DNA of 64,000 nt, taken from Octopus sinensis. Its lineage: Eukaryota. The stretch covers positions 37,200,001-37,264,000 of the forward strand of contig NC_043003.1 in assembly GCF_006345805.1 (NCBI RefSeq). The letters run 5' to 3'. The stretch's first letter is position 1; each line of letters begins with the position of its first letter. The translations under genes were made by a program, and so were the position numbers. A model generated the notes under the pieces. The model did not search any database, was not told the origin of the DNA, and was given only the letters and a program-made list of their open reading frames with translations. This document shows, in pieces, positions 12,267-24,721 of the stretch.

Positions 12267-13531
12267 TTGGGACATCCCATAAATAATGGGCTTTTTTCAT
12301 TTGCATGAATTAAATGTCGGAGGGGGACAGGATAAACTACCTGCATCAACTTGCAATAAATAAAGGAATTAAGTTTACCTTGACTTTATTCTTAGTGTTA
12401 GTTTTGAAGAGTACAGTTCGATTTTAACGGTTATTTTTTCAAAGCTATAAGGGAAGTGACAAAGGAGGATATTCGGCATATTTTGCTTTTATGAGTTCAA
12501 TAAAGGCAACAAAGAAAACAGAAAGTGCGAAAAATATCAATGCAATATATGGATATCGGACAATAAGCTTAAGCCAGGGTCAATGGTGGGTCTAGAAATT
12601 CCGAGCCGGAAACTACTGCCTAGAACACATGCTTCGTCCTGGAAGATTTGTAGTACTCGACGTGGACGTCCTGCAATCCCTGATGGAACAAAATCCCATT
12701 GTAACTCCTGATAAACCAGCAGTGAAACTTGGATGTGGTCATTCAACTATTCATCAACACCTGCGTATCATTGGGAAAGTCAGCAAATTGGGTCAATGGG
12801 TTCCTTACAGTTTTTTTTTTTTAGTCTAATCGCGCGCAGGTAGTGAATGAGTGCTCTTCTTTGCTGTCACGTCTCACGAATGAACCTTTTTGGGACCGAA
12901 TAATGACTGGTGACGAGAGATGAGTTTTCTATAAAAATGTCAAGCCCCGAATACAGTGGTTAGGGAAAGGAGAAACACCGGCACCCCAGGCTAAAGAAGG
13001 CTTTTACCCACGTAAGGTGCTGTTATCTGTTTGGTGGGATGTGAAAGGTTTAGTCCACTTTGAACTTTTTAACCCAAACCAAACGATAACAAAGGAGATC
13101 TACTGCAAGCAACTTGAGCGGCTTAAGTCAGCGCTAGAAGAAAAACGACCATCTTTGGTTTCAAGACGAAAGTTTTTCTACCACGAGGATGATGCTCGGC
13201 CACATACAGCGAGGATGACATCCCAAAGGCTGAAGCGGTTTGAATTGGAAACGATGTCCCATCCATCATATTCGCCGGACATTGCCCCATCTGACTATCC
13301 TTCCGCAATCTTCAAAATCATTTGGACGGAAAAAATATGAATTCTGTAGACGAGATCAGAGCAGTACTGGAGGGATTTTGGAAAAGGGGCCTTGCGAGTC
13401 TACCAGATAGATGGATGAACATTGTAGAAAATGAAAGAGCGTATATTTCAGACTAAAAAGAACTTTGTTCATTTTAATTTTGAAAAACAACAAGCAGTAT
13501 AAAAAACCGCATTATTTATGGGATGACCTAA
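12267..13531 (+). mobile_element. Full-length decayed mariner of a second lineage
   Basis: TA TSDs and 31-bp TIRs at 27/31 identity (TTGGGACATCCCATAAATAATG). Motifs KVSKLGQWVPY, MTGDE, LLSVWWDVKGLVHFEL, HEDDARPH and HPSYSPDIAPSDY. Confidence 0.97.
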
Positions 13532-13669
13532 TAGATAACGGAAACAATGTCACATTTTAAACCTGAGAAAAGTCTTGTTCCGTTTACAGATTGTATTTAT
13601 AATGTGTGAATCAGATTGTTGATTTATTTAACTGAAAATACAAATTTATCCAGACTGACAGTTAGGCTT

Positions 13670-14050
13670 GTATGTATGCATGTATGTATGTATGTATGTA
13701 TGTATGTATGTATGTATGTATGTATGTATGTATGTATGTATGTATGTATGTATGTATGTATGTATGTATGTATGTATTATGTATGTGTGAATGTATGTAT
13801 GTATGTATGTATGTATGTATGCATGTATGTATGACATTATTCAGTTTATTTCAAAATTTCTTGCCAATAGAGAAAGAACCGGTTTCTAACCTAGATCCAA
13901 GACTCCTTCACTGGAATTTCAACATCAACAACATGATATTTTTATGTGTATGCATGTATTTATGTATGCATGTATGCATGTATGCATGTATGCATGTATG
14001 TATGTATGTATGTATGTATGTATGTATGTATGTATGCATGTATGTATGTA
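13670..14050. repeat. (ATGT)n microsatellites
   Basis: Directly visible. They are the source of the MYVC/IHTY ORFs. Confidence 0.97.
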
Positions 14051-14119
14051 TGCGCAGATTTGTATGCATATAGTTGCATATCTAGACATGCTCATATATA
14101 TTTATATATATGATCTGGA

Positions 14120-14405
14120 AAGTTTTACAGATTTTTTACAGTTCCAGTGATGGATTGGATCTGCAGTCTTCGAGTTAGCTTTTCCCTTTCTGGTTTTGAG
14201 AAGCCTAATTTCTCAAGATTGGTATTTAGGCAGATTGGTATTTACCTATGCCAAGGCCCCAGTAATTACAGGTATAAACCTGAACTTGTAATCTGGATAG
14301 AGAAACTGCACATTTCTCAATAGTTCAGCATAGGTGTTCTCTTTTTCGCTGATCTTCAGCTTTATGTTAACATCTCTGTACCTTGAGAAAGTGAGGCGTT
14401 CTAAC
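14120..14405 (-). mobile_element. 3' fragment of an RLE-endonuclease non-LTR retrotransposon
   Basis: DVNIKLKISEKENTYAELLRNVQFLYPDYKFRFIPVITGAL...QIQSITGTVK is a typical RLE C-terminus. Confidence 0.8.
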
Positions 14406-14419
14406 ACTCTCCAGGCCAG

Positions 14420-14672
14420 CCCTAATACGGGGTATGACACTCTGCCACGAGCGCTCTGTCACTTAGTCTTCTCTCTGCATCCTCAACAGACACTACTGCT
14501 TTCCATTTCCATCTTGCTCTAACTTCAATACCAGCCTGAGAGACTTTGTGATCGCAGGAATCTCTCTATTGCAACACCTCACCAGTGATGGTCATCTCGG
14601 ATTCTCTTTGGCGGTTGATGTGGAACTTGTTATTCTTTCAATACGAGATGCTACTCGTGCACCGAGGAAGTC
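14420..14672 (-). mobile_element. HERO-type (NeSL-related) LINE fragment, post-RT region
   Basis: LPRCTSSISY*KNNKF...EVLQ*RDSCDHKVSQAGIEVRARWKWKAVVSVEDAERRL resembles the recalled HERO motif DSKVSQAGIEVRTGRKWKA..AE.RL. Confidence 0.6.
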
Positions 14673-14809
14673 CTTACTATATATACATGTATACGCGCGT
14701 ATATATATATGTGTATATGTGTGCGTGTGTGTGCATGTATGTATATATATATACACGCACATACACACGTATATATATAGAGAGAGAGGGAGGGGGAGAG
14801 AGAAGAAGA

Positions 14810-15055
14810 TGATGATGTTGATGATGATGATGATGATGATGATGATGAGGATGAGGATGAAGAAGAAGAAGAAGAAGAAGACGAAGAAGAAGAAGAAAAG
14901 AAGAAGAAGAGAAGAAGAAGAAGAAGAAGAAGAAGAAGAAGAAGAAGAAGAAGAAGAAGAAGAAGAAGAAAGAAGAAGATAGAGAGAGAATGTATTTGCG
15001 TGCACATACAAAGAAACTCATGCACTTGCTAATATGTCGGGACGCGAATATAGAG

Positions 15056-15150
<95 letters not shown>
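14810..15150. repeat. (GAT)n/(GAA)n and (GAAA)n microsatellites
   Basis: Directly visible. Confidence 0.97.
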
Positions 15151-15795
15151 AAATGCGTTAAAGAAAAGGAGGTAATGAGACAGACAAAGAAATTGAAGGA
15201 AAGAGAACAGATGAAGAGAGAGCGGGGTGGAGAGAGAGAAAGAGAGAGAAATTGTTAGAAAATAAGAGAGAAAAGACACAGCTCGCAGCGACATCTAACC
15301 TAAAACACATGAACGACAAAAAAAAAATTGTAACAACATAAACGTGCTCCATGAAAGGTGGTTAGGTTAAAGATGTTGTAAATTGAGGCCAGCCGCTATG
15401 TTGAGATCTGCTGCTCGTTCTTTCATAATTTCTTTACCATTTAGAAAATGAACATTTTTTTATTTATTTATTTGTTTATTGTTATTTTGTTAATGGTTTA
15501 CGTTCATTTTTTACATTTTCTTTTATTTTTATTTTTACTTCTTTTTACCCATTAATAAAATAACAGGCAACGAGTTACCTCCTCCTCCTCTCTGCCAACA
15601 TCGGTCTCTCGCTCTATCATTCACTCACTCACTCTCTATCTATCTATCTATCTATCTTATCTATCTATCTATCTATCTATCTATTTCTCTCACTCTTTCT
15701 CTCTCTCTCTCTCTCTATCTCTCTCACTCGTTCTAGTTATAACTCCTCTCTTTATCACATTCTAACTATACAGCGCACAATATATTTAGTGTTGT

Positions 15796-16270
15796 AAGGC
15801 GGCGAGCTGGCAGAAACGTTAGCACGCCGAGCGAAATTCGTAGCCGTATTTCGTCTGCCGTTACGTTCCGAGTTCAAATTCCACCGAGGTCGACTTTGCC
15901 TTTCATCCTTTCGGGGTCGATAAATTAAATACCAGTTACGCACTGGGCTCAATGTAATCGACTTAATCCGTTTGTCTGTCCTTGTTTGTTCTCTCAGTGT
16001 TTAGCCCCTTGTGGGTAGTAAAGAAATAGGTATTTCGTCTGTTTTTACGTTCTGAGTTCAAATTCCGCCGAGGTCGACTTTGCCTTTCATCCTTTCGGGG
16101 TCGATAAATTAAGTACCAGTTACGTACTGGGGTCGTTGTAATCGACTTAATCCGTTTGTCTGTCCTTGTTTGTTCCCTCTATGTTTAGCCCCTTGTGGGC
16201 AATAAAGAAATAAGAAACGTTGGCACGCTGGTGAAGTGTTTAGCGGTATTTCGTCTGCCTTTAAGTTCTG
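15796..16270 (+). mobile_element. SINE A head-to-tail multimer (about 2.3 units)
   Basis: AAGGCGGCGAGCTGGCAGAAACGTTAG head with A-box-like and GAGTTCAAATTCC B-box-like motifs. Units restart at about 16030 and about 16210. Confidence 0.92.
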
Positions 16271-16366
16271 ACACATGCGCACACACACAAACACTCACAT
16301 ATCGATAAACCAGAGCTTTAGAACCAAAATACCTCGCACCATTTCTTTCGACTGATCAGCACTTAC

Positions 16367-16430
16367 ACTCCTTCGTAACACTGGCCACCTGGTCATCTGG
16401 CCATGATAAATGCAATGAGCCAATGATTGG
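16367..16430 (-). CDS. Weak candidate 64-nt exon (PIIGSLHLSWPDDQVASVTKE or QSLAHCIYHGQMTRWPVLRRS)
   Basis: Acceptor CATACTTTCAATCCAG| and donor AGT|GTAAGT, with two open frames. No homology recognised. Confidence 0.2.
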
Positions 16431-16635
16431 CTGGATTGAAAGTATGTAACCAGCGACGCTCTTGTTTATATAATTCGTAAAATGTATATTAATAACGCTT
16501 GTAATGTTCTGTTACACAGAACAACTCAAGCATTATTGAAAGCCTTTCACTAACTAGACATTACGTCTATATTAATTTTCTCAGTTTTCCAACGCCATAA
16601 AAATATACACATCTCTGTTTATATACTAAAACACC

Positions 16636-16908
16636 TTGTTGTGTCTGGGGAGAGTCATTCTCTTTTAGTGGCTATTAATTTGACACACACTCACCGGTAA
16701 AATTTCCATTTATTTCTCTTTTATTTTTCTAAAATTCTCGTTGCGTTTTGCAACCTTTTCAATAGTTTTGAGAGTCAAAACTATTGAGAAGGTTGCAAGG
16801 CGCAACAAAAATTTTAGAAAAATGAAAAAGAAATAAGAGGAAATTTTACCGGTGAGTATGTTAAATTATAAGGCACTAAAAAAGAATGACGCTCATCAGA
16901 CACGACAG
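16636..16908. repeat. About 270-bp imperfect palindrome (about 135-bp arms, 3-nt loop)
   Basis: Centre CAATAGTTTTGA-GAG-TCAAAACTATTG, with arms including CTCACCGGTAAAATTTCC / GGAAATTTTACCGGTGAG. Confidence 0.9.
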
Positions 16909-16967
16909 AATATGCTTCAACACACGAACTCACATAAGGAATCTTGCAAAACAAATCCCAAGACGAA

Positions 16968-17003
<36 letters not shown>

Positions 17004-17092
17004 TGTGTGTGTGTGTGTGTTGTGTGTGTGTTTGTGTGTGTGTGTGTGTATGTGTGTGTATGTATGTACATACATACACACAGCTATATATA

Positions 17093-17158
<66 letters not shown>

Positions 17159-17884
17159 CAAAGACATATACGCACATACATGCCTACAGCCATATATATA
17201 TAAATGTATCTACCGTTCGCTAAATATTTGAAACAGCTATACTTATATGTATCATCTTATATAAACACACTTAACGCCTATAATTGGTTGTCCATCTTCC
17301 CTGTCCTATTTGTGTGCGCGTTTGCATATATATATATATATATAGAGAGAGAGAGGAGAGAGAGAGAGAAAGAAAGAGAGAGAGAGAGAGCAAGAGAAAG
17401 AGAGATACATATATATTGAGAGCGAGAGAAAGAGAGATACATATATATTGAGAGCGAGAGAGAGAGACAGAGACAAACAGACGGGCAGACAGTGAGAGAG
17501 GGGGAGAGAGGGATAGACAGACATGCAGACAGATAATGTTTAAAATATCCCACACAATTCGGAAAATATGAAAAATAATGCTAAAAATTTTTAAATGCGC
17601 TTTTCCTTTTACATTACAGTTAATTAATTCCAAAGTATATTATTACAGTCAAGTCATTTCAAAGTACAACAATAGTCCTTGATAAACAGATTGTCATAAT
17701 CAAATCAATTCAAAACACCTTTTTACATATTCAAAAATATCATGTCATATCCAAAATACATTACTGCAATCAAATCATTTCAATATTACGAATCCCAAAA
17801 ATACTTTATTAAACACGCCAAATCCATAAATACAATAATGCATAATTAAATATTTCAAAGTACATAATTACAAATAGGTTTGTA

Positions 17885-18240
17885 GTAAAGTATTCGAAGT
17901 CTCCGGGCTCTGCCTCAAAATGGGGCAAATTCTTAAAATAAAAAATAATTTTATGCTTTTCGGGAAAGGTAGTTTATATGATAACACATGTAGGTGCGGC
18001 GAAAGTTATATTGGCCAAACGGGCTTGTCACCTAGAAAATGCATAACGGTTCACTGTCAACAAATACGTGATACGAACACTAGAAAAACTCGACTATGTG
18101 AGCATTTAGATAGAAGCGCAGGAACTCACAACCAGAATTTAAGCTTTTCCTATTATATCATTGTGTAGAAAATGTGTGAGCAGCAAAGAAAAAATATAGA
18201 AATTATGTAAAATATAAACCAAGTTTAAATCGTTAACCAT
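17885..18240 (+). mobile_element. Penelope-like GIY-YIG endonuclease relic
   Basis: TCRCGESYIGQTGLSPRKCITVHCQQIRDTNTRKTRLCEHLD...KYKPSLN. Confidence 0.8.
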
Positions 18241-18547
18241 ATACTGACAACAATTTTAAATTCACTTATAATTTATAAAATATTTTCCCATATGTATTTG
18301 AATATGTATTTGATAGTTCAAAAAAGTAAAAAAATTTACATCCCTATTTAATTGGGACCAGATAACGTATATAATATTAGCTCCCTTGTCAATTAGTGGG
18401 TCTATAACGAGGCTACGTTATGGATTCACAAACCAATGCTCGTAGCAAGCCATTACACACACATTATATCTTCTGTAAGAAGTAAAACCGATTTGTAAAT
18501 ATGCGCATTTTCTGCACTTTATTGTTATTTTTCTATATATAAATTGG

Positions 18548-18715
18548 TTAGCTGGCGGAATCAATAGCGCACCGGGTAAAATATTAGTGGCATTTCATCA
18601 GTCTTCGTGTTCTGAGTTCAAATTCTATCGAGGTTGACTTTGCTATTCATCCTTTTAAGAATAAAATAAGTACAGGTTGAACGCTCGATGTAATCGACTT
18701 AGCCCAACCTAATTA
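18548..18715 (+). mobile_element. SINE A, older copy
   Basis: AGCTGGCGGAATC...TTCTGAGTTCAAATTC...GTAATCGACTT. Confidence 0.75.
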
Positions 18716-18828
18716 CTGATCTTATGACAAAATTTTTAAATCATTATTACTTTTCCTTGTCTTCCGATCTGTATCGTGTAATTTATGCACACACATACGC
18801 GCGCGCGTACATATATATAAATAAATAA

Positions 18829-18896
<68 letters not shown>

Positions 18897-18909
18897 CACA
18901 CACATATAC

Positions 18910-19187
18910 CCGTCCTGTTTTGTTCCCCAACTTTGTCTTTCATAAATCAAAAATGTTATTTTGGAATTTATGGGATCAACTGTTTTTGAAAACTCATATT
19001 GTCGTTGAATGCTCAAAATGAGAAGTAAATAGACAGGCAACAATTGATGAAGGGTCGTTTTCTGTGTTTACTTGTGCTGTTTTCCACTTATCTCTCGCTG
19101 TTTGCGTATTTAACTTTTATTTTCGTATCTTCATGTTATGTACACATTTGGTGACGTCTTGTACCCATATATGCATATATATATATA

Positions 19188-19218
<31 letters not shown>

Positions 19219-19348
19219 TAATTGAACGCCACGCATCCATTTCCAAGTAAATTTATCTTAACCTTGTTGATGCGATTCTACTCTATACTATTTTCTTCTC
19301 CCCTCGTTCTCTAATTCCCCTTCTCTCCACCTTCACCGTTTTCTATCC

Positions 19349-19388
<40 letters not shown>

Positions 19389-19890
19389 CTCTTTCCCTTT
19401 TTCTCTCTCTCTCGCTGCTCAAACGTGACCATCTTTCATCTTTCATTTCCTCACGTGACCATCTTTCTTTTTCTGCACGACGTTCTAAGGACTGGGCGTT
19501 TTCTTTCTCTCTCTGCTATCATTTCTCTTTTCAACGAAAATAATCCTCCCAGCGTTCACTATTTTCCTCACGTTTTGGTCTAACGACCACAATGTTTGTT
19601 TTAGTTCAGTTCCCCTGTATATCTTCACTATCCTGTTTTGTTCCCCAACTTTGGCCCGCCTTAAGTCCAAACTGTTATTTTGGAATTTAATGGGAGCAAC
19701 TGTTTTTGAATGCCCATATTGTCGTTAAATGCTCAAAATGAGGAGTAGATAGACAGACGACAACTAATGAAGGGTCGTGCTCAGTGTTTACTTGTCCTAT
19801 TTTCCATTTTGTTCTCTTGTTGTTTGCGCATTTAACACGCTTGTTTTCATACTTGATGTTGTTTACACAGTTGGTGGCGTCCTGTACCCA
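18910..19890 (+). repeat. Two diverged direct copies (18910-19168 and about 19625-19890) of a 260-bp interspersed repeat, probably pLTR-type
   Basis: Shared TCCTGTTTTGTTCCCCAACTTTG...AATGCTCAAAATGAG...GATGAAGGGTCGT...TGTACCCATATA. Confidence 0.7.
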
Positions 19891-19895
19891 TATAA

Positions 19896-19941
<46 letters not shown>

Positions 19942-21257
19942 CATATACATATTACTGTAAGAGTGACAAGAAACCTCTTAAATAAATATGTTGAAATAAT
20001 ATACAAATAAAAGGATACAAAGAGTAATGCATTATAACATATATGTATGAGAGTATGCATGTGCGTATGTATGTCTCTGTGTGTGCGCGTGCGTGTATAT
20101 AGTTAGATATAAAAATATATAAGCGCCCATACGAGCACACACACGCACACACTCATGCACACACACACACATGTACACACATACGCACACATACACACAT
20201 TATATATATATATATAATTGATTGTTTATATACCGGCCCGGTTGATATCAACCGCACGCACAGGCAACATTGAAATAAGATTATTTCAGACTAACCGATG
20301 AATATGGTTGACTAATGGCAACTGCACGAAACCTTTAGGTATGCGGTACAGTTCTCTTTCTCTCCCTCTCTCTCTCTATCTTTATCTATCTATCTACCTA
20401 TCCATCTATGTATATTTCTGCCTCTCTTTACATATATATGTGTGTATTTATATATGTAAATATGCACATATAAATAGATACGAATAAGTATGTATTTATG
20501 TGTATATATATATAATATATATATAAATCTAAATTATATGTACGTGCACACACACATATATATATATGCACATGTATGTATGTATGTATTATGTGTATGT
20601 ATGGTTAAAGGCTGTGTAAATGTTGTAATTGTTGGAGTGTTGCGAGTAATCGAGTTGAGGAAAACACATTTGTCCAAATTGAGTTTATAGGGACACGAAA
20701 ATTGATGGATGAATGTAGTAAAGTTATGGACTAGTTCCTACGACCACCACTACCACTCGTAAGGAGAGCTGCAGTTCCAGTTTGATTTTTTATATTTTTG
20801 TGCAGTGTTTTATACTGTTATTGTTTTTGTTGTTGTTATAGGTTATGGTACTTGAGAGGGAGATAAGGCAGCAGCGGTTTCGCTTGTGATTTTGACATTG
20901 TTGCTGCAGTTGTTATTTTTTTTTGTCAATAATGCAAACAGTTTTCGGTAACTGTATTGTTTGCTGCCGGAGTTGTCCTTTTTCTTTCGTTTATATTTTT
21001 TCGAATTGTTGACGCAGCTACCGCTGTTCGTTTTGTTGTTGTTGTCGTCGTTATTGTTGTTTTTACTTGTATTTATTTTATCGTTGATGCACACATTCTT
21101 GTTATTATGGTATTTAATCCTAGTTGAATCCCAGGTGAATTTTCATCGAGAAGATCTGTTGTAATAAAAGGCGTCCTAGCCTCCTGGATTTTCCATAGGG
21201 CCCCACCACCCGAGCCAAAGTAGTAGAGCTTGATTTGAGGGATCTTCTATCCTTTAT

Positions 21258-21477
21258 TTGTTTCAATCAATAGACTGCGGTCATGCTGGGGCAACGGCTT
21301 CAAGAATTTTTAGTCGAATCAATCTATCCCTGCATTTAATATTTTTTAAAGACTGGTATTTATTTGTTGGTTTATTTTGTCGAACCGCTCAGTTATATAG
21401 TCATAAACACACGAACACTGGTTGTCAAGCGGTGGTGAGGGTCTTACGCAAAGAAAAAATACACAAACACACACATA

Positions 21478-21510
<33 letters not shown>

Positions 21511-21704
21511 TTCTTTTATTCTTTTGTTTGTCATTTGGCAGCGGCCATGCTGGAGCACCGCTTTTACTTGAACAAATCGACCCCAGGATTTATTCTTTGT
21601 AAGCCCAGTACTTATTCTATCGGACCTTTTTGCCGAACCGCTAAGTTATGAGGACGTAAACACACCAACATCGGTTGTCAAGCGATGGTAGGGGACAAAC
21701 AAAG

Positions 21705-21746
<42 letters not shown>

Positions 21747-21910
21747 ATGATGGGCTTCTTTAGGTTTCCGTCTACCAAATCCACTCACAAGGTTTTGATT
21801 GACCCGAAGCTATAGTAGAAGATATTTGCCCATGGTGCCACGCAGTGAGATTGAACCCGAAACCATATGGTTACAAAGCAAGCTTCTTACCACACAGCCA
21901 GGCCCGCGCC
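21258..21910 (-). mobile_element. Two SINE B copies (old partial 21258-21470; near full-length 21505-21910)
   Basis: Homology to 33388-33790. The head ends CTTACCACACAGCCAGGCCCGCGCC. Confidence 0.9.
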
Positions 21911-22148
21911 TATATAGATTTAGCTGCTGTGTCTAGCAGCAAACGGATCCTGCAATGATTCGTCGGGAATGTTGTTACGGTCGTTATTGGTGATGGTGCT
22001 GGAGTTCTTACAATTGTTCTTGCTGCTCTTGTTACTGTTGGTGTTGTATATCCTCCATTTTTAGAAACCTAGGAGCATTTTCAAACTGAAGTCAAGACTT
22101 ATACATCATTTTTGTGTATCACTCTTTCTATCACTCATTCTCCTTCTT

Positions 22149-22186
<38 letters not shown>

Positions 22187-22190
<4 letters not shown>

Positions 22191-22353
22191 GATCTTTCAT
22201 TTTCCTTCTTTTTCACCTTTTCTGTATCTTATTCTCAATCGTTCCCAGTTTTATTTCTTTCTTTCTCAATTCGTCTTTTTTGCTGTTTACTTTCTCTCAT
22301 GCTCTCTCTTCTCGCTTTCTCTCTCTATTTCTCTCTCTATTCTCTATTTCTCT

Positions 22354-22397
<44 letters not shown>

Positions 22398-22558
22398 ACG
22401 ATCTTTCATTTTCCTTCTTTTTCACTTTTCTGTATCTTATTCTCAATCGTTCCCAGTTTTATTTCTTTCTTTCTCAATTCGTCTTTTTTGCTGTTTACTT
22501 TCTCTCATGCTCTCTCTTTCTCGCTTTCTCTCTCTATTTCTCTCTCTCTCTCTCTATT

Positions 22559-22607
<49 letters not shown>

Positions 22608-22784
22608 GATCTTTCATTTTCCTTCTTTTTCACCTTTTCTGTATCTTATTCTCAATCGTTCCCAGTTTTATTTCTTTCTTTCTCAATTCGTCTTTTTTGC
22701 TGTTTACTTTCTCTTATGCTCTCTCTTTCTCGCTTTCTCTCTCTATTTCTCTCTCTCTCTCTCTATTTCTCTCTCTCTCTCTTT

Positions 22785-22828
<44 letters not shown>

Positions 22829-23030
22829 TTTCATTTGTGCATTTTCCCTCAGACTTTTTCTACTTGTTTCTCGTTACCCATCTTACTCTTTCTCCTCTCT
22901 CTCTATCTCTTTCCCTCTCAATCTCTCTCTTTGTCTCTTTCTCCCTCCCCCTCTCTCTCTCTCTTCTTTTCTCTTACTTTCACTTGTGCATTTTCCCTCA
23001 GTCTTTTTTCCACTTCTTTCTCGTTACCTA
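22187..23030 (+). repeat. Tandem 208-209-bp unit x3 (22187, 22396, 22604), then a 150-bp unit x2 (22822, 22972), bounded by (CT)n
   Basis: TCACGATCTTTCATTTTCCTTCTTTTTCAC is repeated almost identically three times. Confidence 0.9.
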
Positions 23031-23699
23031 TCTTTCTCTTTCTCTCTCTCTCTCGCTCGCCTTACTTTTCTCTCTCTCTCTCTCTCTCTCTCACTTTCTC
23101 TTCTCTCACTCTCTCTCTCTCTCTCTCTCTTTCCCTCCAGATATCTATCTACCTTTATCTCTCTTTCGTCTATTACCTTTTTCTTTCTCTCTCCCCACCT
23201 CTATCTCACACACATACGCCCGCACACCCACACTAGCACACGCGCACGCTTGAATCTATATTTCAAGATTTTTAATTTATTATTACATTTATTTTTTTGT
23301 TTACTCGTTCTTTTTTTATAGCTTTACCAATACCGTTAGAGCTTCAATTTTTACTGTGTATGTCTATTAATAATAATGGTTATATTTGTGTTGGCTTTCT
23401 CTTAATAACTTTAGTGTTGATGCTAATGTTCACCTTAGTGCAAATATTTATGCAAGCCGTTTCATTGGTCCTAGTACCAGTGCTTTTGTTTGTTGGTATA
23501 TATGTTAATGATGGCGGTTTTACAGTTTTAGCGTTGGCTGTGTGTACTAGTGCATGTATTGGTGTTTGTGTTAGTTTTGTTGGTGTTTAAGTTGGTGTTT
23601 GGATTAGAATTGGTGTTTTTGTCAATGTTGGTACTTGTCTAAGTTTTCGTTTTTTATGATTGTGCTAGTGGTTGCATAGTGGTTGTTTTATATACAGGT

Positions 23700-23975
23700 T
23701 GTTCAAGGCGACGAGATGGCAGAAATGTTAGCACGCCGGGCGAAATGCTTAGCAGTATTTCGTCTGCCGCTACGTTCTGAGTTCAAATTCCGCCGTTTAG
23801 CAGCGTTTCGTCCGTCTTTACGTTTTGAGTTCAAATTCCGCTGATATCGACTTTCCTTTTATCCTTACGGGGTCGATAAAATAAGTACCAGTTGATCACT
23901 AGGGTCGATGTAATCGACTCATACCCTCCTCCGAAATTGCTAGCCGTCTGCCAAAATTCAAAACCAATATTGTTG
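23700..23975 (+). mobile_element. SINE A with an internal duplication of about 50 nt
   Basis: TACGTTCTGAGTTCAAATTCCGC occurs twice in tandem. Confidence 0.85.
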
Positions 23976-24154
23976 GTGGTTTAGGTGAATGTATTAACGT
24001 TCGTAGTTGTGTTGAGCCTGTGATTATTATTTTTTGTTATGGCTGTGTTAGCATTATTGTCGATGATAGTTGCATTACTACCTGTGGTTGTGTTGTATCT
24101 GATTTGTTACAGTTTGTCTTTGTTGTAGTTTGAAAGTTAGTGTAGCTGATTATA

Positions 24155-24721
24155 TTGGGTTGTCCGGAAAGTTCATGCCGATTTATAGTAACTTATCTTT
24201 CGACTTATTTTAGAACAGGGTTGAGTCCATAAAATAGGATTTGACAAGACCTCCATTTAGAGCACAGTTTAAGCTATCTTTTCATGGGAGAAGATTTATG
24301 TTCCTAAAACCTGTGTTAATTCTGTAACCCTTTAAAATGGAAGATAAGAAAGTTCATTTTCGGTACTTGATGCTTTGGGAACCAGACAAAAATTGCTGCA
24401 GCTCGACTGGGATTTTTTACCCCACCCTCCATATTCACCAGATATTGCTCCTTCGGATTTCCACTTATTCAGATCTCTGCAGAATAGTCTTCATGCTAAA
24501 AATTTCAGTTCCTTGGATGACGTAAAAAGATACGTTGATGAATTCTTTGCCATGAAACCACCTCAATTCTGAGAAGAGGGTATTTTCAAGTTAAAGGAAA
24601 GATGGAGACGCATTGTGAAACAAAATGGTTCATACTTGGTTGATTAAAAATGTAATGGTAAGTATTTATTGACGTTTTTCTTTCCTTTTAAAAATCGGCA
24701 CGAACTTTCCGGACAACCCAA
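24155..24721 (+). mobile_element. Internally deleted mariner (mellifera-like), 567 bp
   Basis: TA TSDs and 30-bp TIRs at 29/30 identity (TTGGGTTGTCCGGAAAGTTC). MEDKKVHFRYLMLWE is fused directly to TRQKLLQLDWDFLPHPPYSPDIAPSDFHLF. Confidence 0.95.

Noticed and set aside
12205-13560. CTGAAGA before and GAAACAATGTC after the second mariner, suggesting a hammerhead split by insertion
   Set aside because: In the rejoined sequence the bases closing stem II do not pair and stem I is marginal.
15796-16270. Repeated units as a CRISPR-like array
   Set aside because: These are eukaryotic SINE multimers of about 195 bp with no unique spacers and no cas genes.
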